A DNA stretch of 64,000 nt from a virus. The translations under genes and the position numbers were made by a program. The stretch spans positions 208,285 through 272,284 of IMG/VR virus record IMGVR_UViG_3300032242_003291; one strand, given 5' to 3'. Positions 18,300-27,855 of the stretch are shown piece by piece; within the stretch, counting starts at the first letter, position 1, and each line of letters starts with the position of its first letter. Below the pieces are notes generated by a model that saw only the letters and a list, made by a program, of their open reading frames with translations, had not been told where the DNA came from and did not search any database.

Positions 18300-19388
18300 T
18301 TACCAATTAAAATCTGTATTAGTATTTGTTGATTCGTAATTAATTATTAGTGGCATCCCCGTTGATATTCGTAGTCTTTTCTCTAATTCATAAGCTATAT
18401 CATCAGCATCAAAATCACCCCTCCTTATTGAAGAATAGTAAACCATAAGTTTTATATGCATGTACTTTTGTTCTATGGTCTTATTGCTATGCATAATTGT
18501 AACCCAATCCGCATCGTTAACCTCAATTTTTTCTAATTCTTCGAGTTGGTTACAATGTTCATCATTACTGTAATCAGGATAATCAATCATACCATCTTCA
18601 CATTCTTTTCGAATGTGTTTTATCTCTCTATCAATAACTTCTTGGAATAATTGTCTATATTTTTGTGATTCTAAAATAAGATTATATTGTGATTCTGTTA
18701 CGATGTATTTTTTTTTAGATTCTTTGATATCATCAATTAACATTGATTCGTATGGAATACCAAGTTTGTCCAAACTCCAAAGTATTTGATTATATTTTCC
18801 ATCATAAAGATTTTTTGAAAAATCTTTACCTTTCCAATGTTTTGTTGGTGCTGAACGAGTAACGGCTTTGTGAATCCAACTGTCGGGACTTGAATGTTTT
18901 ACGTTGTGTAATGTAATTAAATGAGTACTAGGTTCGTTAAGAAATTTTTTATAATCTTTTGAGTTTGGGTCACCCTCAATTGCTGGTGTAACAAATACCG
19001 CGCCAGCGTCAACTAATTTGTTTATATCAAATGGTAATCTTTCAGGAGATTCATTTCTACCCTCTTGATAATCATAAACAATTGATTCGTTCAAACCATG
19101 TGTCTCTCTATATCTTCTGTTAATGTATCCAGCAAATTTTTTATAAAGGTACCAATATAATTCGTCTTTTTCTGCAAGACTTACTTTACGACCTGTTTGT
19201 TCCCATATATAATCGAGAATTTTCTCATTCAACCAATTACACACCTCTTCCACACAATCTGTGGCATCGCTAAATGCACCCAAATCTAAATCATAATCTA
19301 ATACGACGTTTAATTCATCCAACAATTCACCATCATCCAATCTTCTTTTAACATGTGGAGACATTGACTCAAACAAAGATATTCCCAT
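18300..19388 (-). CDS. Hypothetical protein.
   Basis: ORF track. Long clean ORF. Confidence 0.45.
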   Translation of the reverse strand: MGISLFESMSPHVKRRLDDGELLDELNVVLDYDLDLGAFSDATDCVEEVCNWLNEKILDYIWEQTGRKVSLAEKDELYWYLYKKFAGYINRRYRETHGLNESIVYDYQEGRNESPERLPFDINKLVDAGAVFVTPAIEGDPNSKDYKKFLNEPSTHLITLHNVKHSSPDSWIHKAVTRSAPTKHWKGKDFSKNLYDGKYNQILWSLDKLGIPYESMLIDDIKESKKKYIVTESQYNLILESQKYRQLFQEVIDREIKHIRKECEDGMIDYPDYSNDEHCNQLEELEKIEVNDADWVTIMHSNKTIEQKYMHIKLMVYYSSIRRGDFDADDIAYELEKRLRISTGMPLIINYESTNTNTDFNW

Positions 19389-19408
19389 ACAATATAAATA
19401 TAGAATAA

Positions 19409-19597
19409 TTACTTCTTGTCTTCAGGTAATATTCTGAAGTTCATTACACGTTTACCATTCACTGTGGGCATACCATATTCATCTTTACCAATAGTTTTAA
19501 CTGTGGTTTTTTTATTTCTGAATCTACCTGTATATATTATATCACCTACCTTCAAAGGAATATAAATGCCGTCTATTCTGTTTTCTTTTGAACTCAT
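19409..19597 (-). CDS. Small basic hypothetical protein.
   Basis: ORF track. Confidence 0.3.
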   Translation of the reverse strand: MSSKENRIDGIYIPLKVGDIIYTGRFRNKKTTVKTIGKDEYGMPTVNGKRVMNFRILPEDKK

Positions 19598-19614
19598 AGT
19601 TTTATTTTTAATGA

Positions 19615-20238
19615 ATGAAATCTTGGTTTGTTAACATTTCTGAACAATATAAATATTTTACATGGACCCCTGAAAGAACGGGTTCAACTCATTTTACTAA
19701 TGTAATATCAAAACTTGGTTTTAAGTCTGCAGATGTTGTTGATTATAAAATTGTTTCATACGTAGATAATGTTCGTCATAATCATTTTTGTTCTCTTTTT
19801 GAAAACCATTGGGATTATAAATTAATAATAACAACTAGGAATCCTTACTCAATGGTTATATCAAGGTCAGGTGCGTCTTCACTCAATAATATATCTGATG
19901 TTCAATCTGAAATAGAATTAAGAATTGAAAATATGATGCAAAATCCCGTTGACAGTCCTTTTTGTTGTCAATGCTTTCAAGATAGAAAACCTGATTATTT
20001 CTTGAGGTTGGAAAATTTATATGAGGATTGGCTCAAAATACCATTTGTTCAAACACATGAATTTAATCTTTCAGGTGAATTAAAAAAATTAACATCAATC
20101 AGGTTGAATGAACAAAAAAATACTGAAAACATTAATTATTGGAAAAAATATTACAACAAAAGGATTGCTGATTTAGTTTACTATAATTTCCCAAACAATT
20201 TCGAATTATTTGGATATGATAAAGATTCTTGGAAATAA
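19615..20238 (+). CDS. Sulfotransferase-like protein (paralog of 31054..31719).
   Basis: TPERTGSTH resembles the sulfotransferase 5'-PSB motif (PKSGTT-like). TTRNPYSMVISRSG resembles the 3'-PB motif (RDPxDxxVS). Confidence 0.5.
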   Translation: MKSWFVNISEQYKYFTWTPERTGSTHFTNVISKLGFKSADVVDYKIVSYVDNVRHNHFCSLFENHWDYKLIITTRNPYSMVISRSGASSLNNISDVQSEIELRIENMMQNPVDSPFCCQCFQDRKPDYFLRLENLYEDWLKIPFVQTHEFNLSGELKKLTSIRLNEQKNTENINYWKKYYNKRIADLVYYNFPNNFELFGYDKDSWK

Positions 20239-20240
20239 GA

Positions 20241-20681
20241 TTACATTTGGTTCAAGACCATATGTTCAATCTCATTTTTATTAATCAAATATACAGGTAA
20301 GTGTGTCAAGTGTTTTATATTAATTGCTTTGTATAACCTATTTAATCCATCTGAAACTGATAAATTACCATCTTTTTCTTTTACCACTAATAAGGGATAA
20401 GATAAATCTGCCTTCAAAACTCTATTCTTATCGTTAGGATTACTAATGTCATAACTTAAGTCCCACCATTCCAAATTATGTTTAATTTTACTTAATGGAA
20501 ATTTTTTATGTAAATATTTTTCGGGGTTACTTTCAACAAAATCATATATGGATTTTACACTAAAAAGATTGCCATCGTCATCGGCAAATTTACTATCCTC
20601 AAAAGGTTCATTAACATCTCTATCTAATTTATCTTCATATAAGATACTTTTGATTCTTGATATTTCTTCGTGAAGTTTCAT
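20241..20681 (-). CDS. Hypothetical protein.
   Basis: ORF track. Confidence 0.4.
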   Translation of the reverse strand: MKLHEEISRIKSILYEDKLDRDVNEPFEDSKFADDDGNLFSVKSIYDFVESNPEKYLHKKFPLSKIKHNLEWWDLSYDISNPNDKNRVLKADLSYPLLVVKEKDGNLSVSDGLNRLYKAINIKHLTHLPVYLINKNEIEHMVLNQM

Positions 20682-21085
20682 TATTTTTCTCCGTACATTA
20701 ATTCTTCATATTTGAAAAAATCTTTTTCAAATGATTTAATAAAAATACTAGCCAATACGTTAGCCATATTTTCTTCAGGTCCACCAATATCTTTTATTGG
20801 TTGGTCGTCTCTTAATCCCATTTTTTGATGTTGATATTCATGTACCCATTCATGTGCAATTGTTTTGAGAACATCGATTAATAGACGATGTGCAGATAAA
20901 ACATATATTTCATGATTAGGAAGTCTAACTCCTGTAGTCATTGGCTCAACTCTTTTTTCTAAAAATGTAAAAGTGACATCCTCAGTAAGTTGTAGTTTGG
21001 TTTGAATAAATTTAATAAAATCTTTAATCACTTTTATTTCGTCAGGATTAAATAACTTTTTGGTATTTTTAAGACAGACTCTCAT
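20681..21085 (-). CDS. HExxH zinc-metallopeptidase-like small protein (IAHEWVHEYQH).
   Basis: HExxH plus a downstream H/E. Confidence 0.4.
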   Translation of the reverse strand: MRVCLKNTKKLFNPDEIKVIKDFIKFIQTKLQLTEDVTFTFLEKRVEPMTTGVRLPNHEIYVLSAHRLLIDVLKTIAHEWVHEYQHQKMGLRDDQPIKDIGGPEENMANVLASIFIKSFEKDFFKYEELMYGEK

Positions 21086-22190
21086 GATTATAAATATCTG
21101 TAATCATTTTTAATGCCTGAGCAATTATTTGATGCATGTCGTAATACACATATGTTGCCAATCTGCCACCAAATATAACGTTTTTAAGACCCTTAGTTAG
21201 TTCGTGATACCTATTATAGACCTGAGTGTTTTTATCGTCTCTAATTGGGTAATATGGTTCGTTATGACCATCGTATTCTTCAGGGAACTCGTAACTTATG
21301 ATTGTACCTTTTTGACCTTGATAGTCAAACCATTTATGTTCTAATATTCTGGTAAAAAGAGTTGTGGAATCTGTATAATTAACCACAGGATTACCTTGGA
21401 AATTACCTTCATCTATCGTAACATTGGTCCAACTCAAACTTCTGTAATCTAACTTACCAAACTGATAATCAAAATATCTGTCTATCGGTCCTGTATATAT
21501 TATTTTCTCTGCAAGATTGTCATAATATTCACGGTTATCGAAATAATCTTGACCTAAAGAAACATCAATACCTTCTAACATTTTTTCAAATATTTGAGTA
21601 TATCCACCTATAGGTATTCCAGTATATTTGTCATTAAAGTAATTACTATCCCACGTGAATCTTATAGGTAATCTTTTAATAATTGATGCTGGTAATTCAC
21701 TACAGGGTCTACCCCATTGTTTAGTGGTATAGCCATTGATAAGTTTTTCGTAAATATCATCACCAACAATTGACCTTGCTTGTTCTTCGAGATTTTTAAC
21801 TTCGCCTTTATACCTTTGTTTTTTGATGATTTCTTTTGCATCTTCTTCGGTTTTAACACCCCACAGTTGGTTAAAGGTCCACATGTTGAATGGGAGTGTG
21901 AACATTTCTCCGTTGTAATTCGCAATAACATTATGACTATATTGTTTAAATTCAGCAAATTGATTTATGTAATCCCAAATATATTTTTCATTAGTGTGGA
22001 ATATATGTGCCCCGTATCTGTGAACATGAATACCATTAACATTTTCAGTGTAACAATTTCCTCCAAGAGTGTTTCTTTTATCAATGACTAAACAAGATTT
22101 ACCTCTCTTAGTAAGTTCATAAGCACAAACGGAACCATAAGGTCCCGCTCCTATTATGAGGTAATCATATTTTTTATCGATTAAAATCAT
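21069..22190 (-). CDS. glf: UDP-galactopyranose mutase.
   Basis: N-terminal FAD-binding motif YDYLIIGAGPYGSV, ...LVIDKRNTLGGNCYTE..., HRYGAHIFHT. This is the characteristic UGM N-terminus. Typical length of about 370 aa. Confidence 0.75.
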   Translation of the reverse strand: MILIDKKYDYLIIGAGPYGSVCAYELTKRGKSCLVIDKRNTLGGNCYTENVNGIHVHRYGAHIFHTNEKYIWDYINQFAEFKQYSHNVIANYNGEMFTLPFNMWTFNQLWGVKTEEDAKEIIKKQRYKGEVKNLEEQARSIVGDDIYEKLINGYTTKQWGRPCSELPASIIKRLPIRFTWDSNYFNDKYTGIPIGGYTQIFEKMLEGIDVSLGQDYFDNREYYDNLAEKIIYTGPIDRYFDYQFGKLDYRSLSWTNVTIDEGNFQGNPVVNYTDSTTLFTRILEHKWFDYQGQKGTIISYEFPEEYDGHNEPYYPIRDDKNTQVYNRYHELTKGLKNVIFGGRLATYVYYDMHQIIAQALKMITDIYNHESLS

Positions 22191-23344
22191 TTGAAATCAA
22201 ATTTAATTGAATCTAAATTAATTGAAAATTCTCCAACCTTTTTTTCTATTTTGTTTTTCCAATCAACAAGATGGTTGCTTGAATTGTAATAAGCTCTATC
22301 TTCAATAAGGAACGCAAGTGTTGGGAATGGATTAACTCTTTCAGGTTGTAACATTTTTTTAAAATGAGGAATCATTTCTTCTAACTTTCCTTTTCTTTCT
22401 AAATGTTCACACAAATAGAGTAAATGTTCATTTCTTTGTGGTTGGAATTGTTCAGCCAATAAATAATGTTCTTCAGCAGATTTATTGTCTCCAATAAAAC
22501 TATGTGCATGTCCCATCGTACAAAGAGCAAAATAACACATTTCATCTTCATGTTTAGCAGTCTTAGAGTTAGACCAATCATGAGTTAATTCTAAAAATCT
22601 TTCATAGTACCATATTGAACGTCTAGCATATTCATCGGAATGTTTTTTACCAAAGGGTAGTTCACTTGGATTACCATAACAATCAGCATAACTTTTGGCA
22701 ATATACCATAAATGATAATAGTCTTCCAAAACTTTATTTCCAACAACCTTATCTTTCTCTAATTCCAACGCATCATTTAGAAATTTTCTTGGTACGTGCC
22801 AAGTTTCACCATCTTGTGATACCTTGTGTCTAAACCCCCATGGCATTCCAACTCTTTGAAACCCTTCTCCGATTTCAGGTAAATGAATTGTCTCGTGTCT
22901 TTTATCATGTTGGAAAAACCAAGGTAATTTAGCATTCCAAAGCCATGTTCTAAAATATTTGGTATCACCAGCTTCAGCACCAATATTGAAACTTTGTATT
23001 GATGTGTTATCAAATATAGACCAATCAAAATCTTCATCAACATGAAGTCTTTCATCAGCATCCATTCTTAAAATCCAATCACATCCATGTAAAGTTTTAA
23101 GTGCTTCTTGCAGGGTATGGTCTCTGTTAAATCCAGGAAAGTTCCATTCAGTAAAATAAGTAAATCCTGGTATTTTTTTTTCTTCAAAGAAATTATCAAT
23201 AACTTCTTTTGTGTTATCTTCGGTTCCATTACATTGGATTACATAATAATCTATATATGGTGCAACTGACTCCAACATTCTTGTAATGGTCTTAGACTCA
23301 TTGCCGACCATAGCATTCAAACAAATTTTTGTTTTTTTATTCAT
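22187..23344 (-). CDS. Putative GT-A-fold glycosyltransferase, or hypothetical.
   Basis: N-terminal KICLNAMVGNESKTI and a DxD-like WILRMDADERL. Confidence 0.4.
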   Translation of the reverse strand: MNKKTKICLNAMVGNESKTITRMLESVAPYIDYYVIQCNGTEDNTKEVIDNFFEEKKIPGFTYFTEWNFPGFNRDHTLQEALKTLHGCDWILRMDADERLHVDEDFDWSIFDNTSIQSFNIGAEAGDTKYFRTWLWNAKLPWFFQHDKRHETIHLPEIGEGFQRVGMPWGFRHKVSQDGETWHVPRKFLNDALELEKDKVVGNKVLEDYYHLWYIAKSYADCYGNPSELPFGKKHSDEYARRSIWYYERFLELTHDWSNSKTAKHEDEMCYFALCTMGHAHSFIGDNKSAEEHYLLAEQFQPQRNEHLLYLCEHLERKGKLEEMIPHFKKMLQPERVNPFPTLAFLIEDRAYYNSSNHLVDWKNKIEKKVGEFSINLDSIKFDFK

Positions 23345-24584
23345 AAATGTAATTCATAACTTGTTCTTCTTTGAAGAACTTTTTAACGGGTTGATGATTC
23401 TGAAATTTATGAGAATGTTCTCTTTCTTCATCCCAACACCAATCTTCAAATCCTAATTCTTGGATTCTTTTATGTATTGCCTTGTCATAATAATCTCTTA
23501 TCAATCTGGCTCTTCTGTTTATATCTTGTGCATTATTATCAACTGTACTATTTCTATTGTTATATTGTAAGTATAACATTCGTTTTACGTGAATAAACCT
23601 TGTATGTAAAAAACTCTTAACAATCATTTCAAAATCATCAGCAACGGGGGTATTTTTGTTATGTCCACCGATTTTGTGGTAAAGATTTCTTTCCCACATT
23701 CTAACGTGGTCTGGCATTGAAATATTGAATCTTATTGTTAAAGGATTTATATCAGGGTACCAATGAGCTAAATAATCTTTACCGTCAGCGTTAACCCATG
23801 TATGACCAGCATATCCAAAATCAAAATAGTTATCATGTCTTCCGTACCAATTACCTGACCAATCGTGGTCATATGTTTTCATTTCTCCATCATCATATAA
23901 TTCACAAACATCGCTATATAAAAATCCTGCATCAGGATGTTTTAAAATTGCGTCATTACATATCTCAAGACACTTATTTACAAATTTATCATCGTGGTCT
24001 AACTCAACCAACCAATCGCCATCACATAACATTGCCGCCCTATGTTTAGCAAGTCCGACATTACCACCTGATACTGGTAATATTTTATGTATTTTTACCC
24101 TATAATCATTTTTAGATATATCTTGGATAATATTCCATGTCTCATCATCAGGTGAATCATCAACAATAACCCATTCCCAATTTGTCCACGTTTGATTAAC
24201 CAAACCTTGATAGGTTCTTTTAATTCTTTCTCCTGTTTGATATGTTGGAGTAAAAATTGAGAATCTCGGTCTGTTGACTTTAGTATGTCTAAAAACTGTT
24301 TGACACACTATAACATTTGCCAACACATTATCGCCCAACATCTCATCATAATGAATGTGCATTTGTCTCAATTGGTGATGAGGAATTTCGATTAGTTCAT
24401 TAAAAGATATAATTAAATCAGGTTGATAATTTGTATAATCACCGACAACATCATTGTTATAAGGTAAAGAATAGACAACAACGTCGTCAAACAAAGATTC
24501 TTCAAAATAAACATCAGAAACTAAAGTTATTTCTCCTTTGATTTCTAGTCCATAAACAATTGCGCTTGGTTTTTTTGTCTTCAT
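23337..24584 (-). CDS. Family-2 glycosyltransferase with an extra N-terminal domain.
   Basis: FSIFTPTYQTGERIKRTYQGLVNQTWTNWEWVIVDDSPDD is a typical GT2 core. Confidence 0.55.
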   Translation of the reverse strand: MKTKKPSAIVYGLEIKGEITLVSDVYFEESLFDDVVVYSLPYNNDVVGDYTNYQPDLIISFNELIEIPHHQLRQMHIHYDEMLGDNVLANVIVCQTVFRHTKVNRPRFSIFTPTYQTGERIKRTYQGLVNQTWTNWEWVIVDDSPDDETWNIIQDISKNDYRVKIHKILPVSGGNVGLAKHRAAMLCDGDWLVELDHDDKFVNKCLEICNDAILKHPDAGFLYSDVCELYDDGEMKTYDHDWSGNWYGRHDNYFDFGYAGHTWVNADGKDYLAHWYPDINPLTIRFNISMPDHVRMWERNLYHKIGGHNKNTPVADDFEMIVKSFLHTRFIHVKRMLYLQYNNRNSTVDNNAQDINRRARLIRDYYDKAIHKRIQELGFEDWCWDEEREHSHKFQNHQPVKKFFKEEQVMNYIYE

Positions 24585-24910
24585 GTTTCGTAAGGGTCAT
24601 TCAAATCCCAACTTGTTAATACAAATTCTAATTGAAGAAAAGTAATTTGTCCATAGTCATCTTTAATTGCGGTCGCTTTTAACCCTCCGCTTGAAACAAA
24701 ATATTCTTCTTCAGGTGAAGCATATAATAAACAATTTTTGATTACTGATTCGAGTCTTTCTCGGGCCGCTATTCTTACATCGTCAACAGTTGGAATTCCG
24801 TTTGGATACCATATCCATTCGAGGCATGTCATAGCTTTTTGAATTTTTTCGTATTCAAAATTGTTCATTATATCAAACATCATCTTCTGATGTCTCTCCC
24901 TATGTTTCAT
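24581..24910 (-). CDS. Hypothetical protein.
   Basis: ORF track. Confidence 0.35.
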   Translation of the reverse strand: MKHRERHQKMMFDIMNNFEYEKIQKAMTCLEWIWYPNGIPTVDDVRIAARERLESVIKNCLLYASPEEEYFVSSGGLKATAIKDDYGQITFLQLEFVLTSWDLNDPYET

Positions 24911-25158
24911 TAGTTTAACTTATATTTGATGCCATCACCAAACTTAATCCAACCTTTTTTCTTTTTCATTCCAAAATGGTCTAATACCATTTTATAATTT
25001 CTTGGGTCAAGTACGTTGTTTTTTGAAAGTTTTTTTAATGTTGATAAAAATTCAACGACTTCCATTTCAGATATTTCGTTGTTCTCAATTAATTCTTTTA
25101 GATTAGATTTCATACTATTAGTTTTTACAAAGGTAATAAATAAAAAACCCCTAATCAA
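24910..25158 (-). CDS. Hypothetical protein. Start probably MKSNLKEL at about 25113.
   Basis: ORF track. Confidence 0.3.
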   Translation of the reverse strand: MIRGFLFITFVKTNSMKSNLKELIENNEISEMEVVEFLSTLKKLSKNNVLDPRNYKMVLDHFGMKKKKGWIKFGDGIKYKLN

Positions 25159-25172
25159 ATGTTAGGGGTTTG
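25141..25172 (-). terminator. Intrinsic terminator (cccctaa-tcaaatg-ttagggg followed by T-run).
   Basis: Downstream of minus gene 25189..25674. Confidence 0.5.
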
Positions 25173-25188
25173 TTTATTGATTGTTTTG

Positions 25189-25674
25189 TTAAAGATTTTT
25201 TGGTTTACCAGCTCCTCTGTATGCTTTCTTATAATTTGGTTCATTCAGACTACTAATTTTAACACCTTCATATTTATTTGAAGCATGGACAAACATTGTT
25301 TCACCTATGTAAGTTCCGCAATGCCATTTGGATGGAGATGCCTTACTTTTGAAAAAAACAATATCACCGACCTGTAAACTATCCTTCTTTACTCTTTCCG
25401 TTGTCTCCCATTGTAAAATACAGGTATTTTCAATGTTTATCTTATAAACATCCGAAGCCAGTCTTTTGTTAAATTGAGAGCAATCAATACCTTTCTCGGT
25501 ACTTCCTCCCAATTTGTATGGTTTTCTTAACCAATAGGTAATAAAATTATTCAAATTAGAATCTACTGCGAATCTGGGTTTAGTTTCAAATATTTGTGTT
25601 GGAACAAACACCTGAGCGTTTAGTTTTGTTGTAAATAAAAGTACAATAACTGTACTAAAAATAAGTTTTTTCAT
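25189..25674 (-). CDS. Secreted NlpC/P60-family cell-wall peptidase.
   Basis: Signal peptide MKKLIFSTVIVLLFTTKLNAQ. Cys motif GIDCSQF. His region WHCGTYIG...FVHAS. Confidence 0.55.
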   Translation of the reverse strand: MKKLIFSTVIVLLFTTKLNAQVFVPTQIFETKPRFAVDSNLNNFITYWLRKPYKLGGSTEKGIDCSQFNKRLASDVYKINIENTCILQWETTERVKKDSLQVGDIVFFKSKASPSKWHCGTYIGETMFVHASNKYEGVKISSLNEPNYKKAYRGAGKPKNL

Positions 25675-25715
25675 TTTATAAATTAAATTAAGGGGACGTT
25701 TCTGTCCCCTTTTAA

Positions 25716-26480
25716 TTACATTGTTTTCAGGATTGATTCAGTCATACCTGTCCACTTCTTGATTTGTTTTCTTGGAATCCAAAACTCCATCTCTCCAATT
25801 TCCTCGACTCTTTTCAAGTAGTCTTCACGAAAACGAGCCGCTTCAGAAGCATCCTTGATGTAAGGTACTCTCATATGATTTGCACATATCTTACCCATAC
25901 CTGTTAACATTGAAAACTCATCTGTCAAATCCTTCATACAAGAAGTACAGATTTTACCACGTTTGATAGTCATCTTACCAGCAAATTTAACTGCCTTTGG
26001 ACTAACCGCTAATAACTTTGTGATATCCAATAAAGTTGGATTGAATTGTAATCCGTAAGTTTCTTTTAACTCTTGACCAATTTTGCGACCAATGATGATT
26101 GTTTCGCTAGGAGTTGGCCAATTCATTCGAATGGTTTTTTCTTGGTCTTCCTCTTTTTGAATCTGAGCTAAAGCCGCTGACTTTTGTTTGTCGGTCAAGG
26201 TTCCGTACTTTTGTAACTTCTCAGCAATATCCTTAACAAATTTATTCTCACCTGTATAATCAACAATACGTTTCGTATCTTCAGTCATTTCTTCAGTTTT
26301 AACAGTCGCAACAGCGTTAAGACACTTCTCAACTGCTGCTAATTGGTTTGGTGTTAATCCGTTATACTTAGTAACAACGGTTTTCATTTTCAATACAAAT
26401 GAGTTATTACCTTCGTAGTTTCTAACTCTGTCTAAAGTGGTAGTGGTAGTAGTCATATTTTTATCGTTTTGTGAATACAA
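25716..26480 (-). CDS. Hypothetical protein. True start probably the ATG at about 26456 (MTTTTTTLDRV...). The ORF-track start is a TTG.
   Basis: The promoter motif TATCTTTG and a conserved leader sit immediately upstream of the ATG. Confidence 0.45.
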   Translation of the reverse strand: MYSQNDKNMTTTTTTLDRVRNYEGNNSFVLKMKTVVTKYNGLTPNQLAAVEKCLNAVATVKTEEMTEDTKRIVDYTGENKFVKDIAEKLQKYGTLTDKQKSAALAQIQKEEDQEKTIRMNWPTPSETIIIGRKIGQELKETYGLQFNPTLLDITKLLAVSPKAVKFAGKMTIKRGKICTSCMKDLTDEFSMLTGMGKICANHMRVPYIKDASEAARFREDYLKRVEEIGEMEFWIPRKQIKKWTGMTESILKTM

Positions 26481-26485
26481 AGATA
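26478..26485 (-). promoter_or_regulatory. Bacteroidota -7 box TATCTTTG (minus strand) with the conserved leader TATTCACAAAAC.
   Basis: The same 20-nt promoter and leader sequence is also found at 27853..27860. Confidence 0.5.
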
Positions 26486-26516
26486 AGACCTTTATACGAA
26501 TCCACCAAATGTTTTT

Positions 26517-26738
26517 TTAACTTAAATCTTTGATGATTTTAGATATCTTTTTTTCATAATATGATTTAATCATACTAAGAACATTCATTATTGCAAACAG
26601 AATGAATACCCCACCCATTAGTCTGATTACTATGGTAGATGTGATTGGTCGAGCATAAATAAGGTAATCAAGTCCTCCGACAAGATATAGTAATGTGGTT
26701 GGAATTAACCACCAATATGACTTAGTAAAGTTTTTCAT
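26517..26738 (-). CDS. Small protein with two transmembrane segments. Holin candidate.
   Basis: Two hydrophobic helices and a charged C-terminus, directly upstream of the glucosaminidase gene. Confidence 0.3.
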   Translation of the reverse strand: MKNFTKSYWWLIPTTLLYLVGGLDYLIYARPITSTIVIRLMGGVFILFAIMNVLSMIKSYYEKKISKIIKDLS

Positions 26739-27313
26739 TATAATTTTGTACTTGGAGTTTTACGTTTTATGATTTTTTTTTTATGTGTAGGGGTTTTTTT
26801 TGTTTTAGGTTTTATTGTTTCATCCCACTCCTTTGGTAAATCCAATCGTTTGATAATATCCTCTAATTGACGTGAATAACTCGAACCGACCTCACTGTAG
26901 GTACTATTGAGATACTTCATATATTCGTCCCTGGATGTCCTTATAATCGATTCCCTGACTGATTGTAAGAGGTAATAATCAACAACAGACATTTTCCAAT
27001 TTGAATAATGAGCATATGCACCAACTGTAGTGTCAGATGTTGAAATCCTACTATATGACCTTCTCATACCAAACAAGTTATTGTTGTTAATACAGTTTTG
27101 AGATTTGAACCATCCTGTTTCAAGGATTGCCTGAGCAACAACAATATTTTTATGTTTGAATGGGAGTGCCCATATTGTTAAAATTAAATTATCAACCGTT
27201 AAGGTATCTCCCATCGCAATTTGTGGTGCTTTAGGTCCGTTTTTCTTTTTTGTTACTTCAGTGAATGAACATGCCATTATACCAAAAGTTAATATCAATA
27301 AAAATTTCTTCAT
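26738..27313 (-). CDS. Lipoprotein with a glucosaminidase (FlgJ-like N-acetylglucosaminidase) domain. Endolysin candidate.
   Basis: Lipobox LTFGIMACS. AQAILETGWFKS...NNLFGM matches the glucosaminidase-domain signature. Confidence 0.55.
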   Translation of the reverse strand: MKKFLLILTFGIMACSFTEVTKKKNGPKAPQIAMGDTLTVDNLILTIWALPFKHKNIVVAQAILETGWFKSQNCINNNNLFGMRRSYSRISTSDTTVGAYAHYSNWKMSVVDYYLLQSVRESIIRTSRDEYMKYLNSTYSEVGSSYSRQLEDIIKRLDLPKEWDETIKPKTKKTPTHKKKIIKRKTPSTKL

Positions 27314-27329
27314 TATTCAATGATACAAA

Positions 27330-27362
27330 AAAAAATCCCCTATTTCAAGGGGATTATATTTT
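27330..27362 (-). terminator. Intrinsic terminator (atcccct-atttcaa-ggggat).
   Basis: Downstream of minus gene 27361..27855. Confidence 0.5.
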
Positions 27363-27855
27363 AATTTTGAACGAATGCTTTGTCCGCCCATGTTTTTGTA
27401 TTAACCAACTCCCACAATTTCATATCACACATATCAGGAAAAGATTGTCTCATAGTTCCAACTGTAATCACTTCAAGAAATCCACGGTCAATTGAGTACC
27501 ACTTACCTCCTTTAGTTGTAAACACATTGTGCCAAATTACACGTCCATCTTCCCATGTATGTTTCACTTGAATATTAACAAGAGAATTTTTAGACCATCC
27601 TCTCATCATGTCAGATGCCGTACCTTTACTATCGTGGATGTTAATGAAACCCGCTTGACATTTGTTTGCGATACGGAATTCATACTCTTGATTCACATCT
27701 TTGATGTGGTTGGAAACCAAAACTTTGATTAACTTGTTCTTTACTGTGGTGTTGAAAGAGCCGTAGAAAACGTCTCCTGCTAATGTACCTGTTGTTAACT
27801 TTACTGCTGGAATTGTAGGTGTGTTTGTCATATATCTTGTGTTTTGTGAATACAA
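27361..27855 (-). CDS. Hypothetical protein. True start probably the ATG at about 27831 (MTNTPTIPAV...).
   Basis: Same promoter and leader as 25716..26480. Confidence 0.4.
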   Translation of the reverse strand: MYSQNTRYMTNTPTIPAVKLTTGTLAGDVFYGSFNTTVKNKLIKVLVSNHIKDVNQEYEFRIANKCQAGFINIHDSKGTASDMMRGWSKNSLVNIQVKHTWEDGRVIWHNVFTTKGGKWYSIDRGFLEVITVGTMRQSFPDMCDMKLWELVNTKTWADKAFVQN

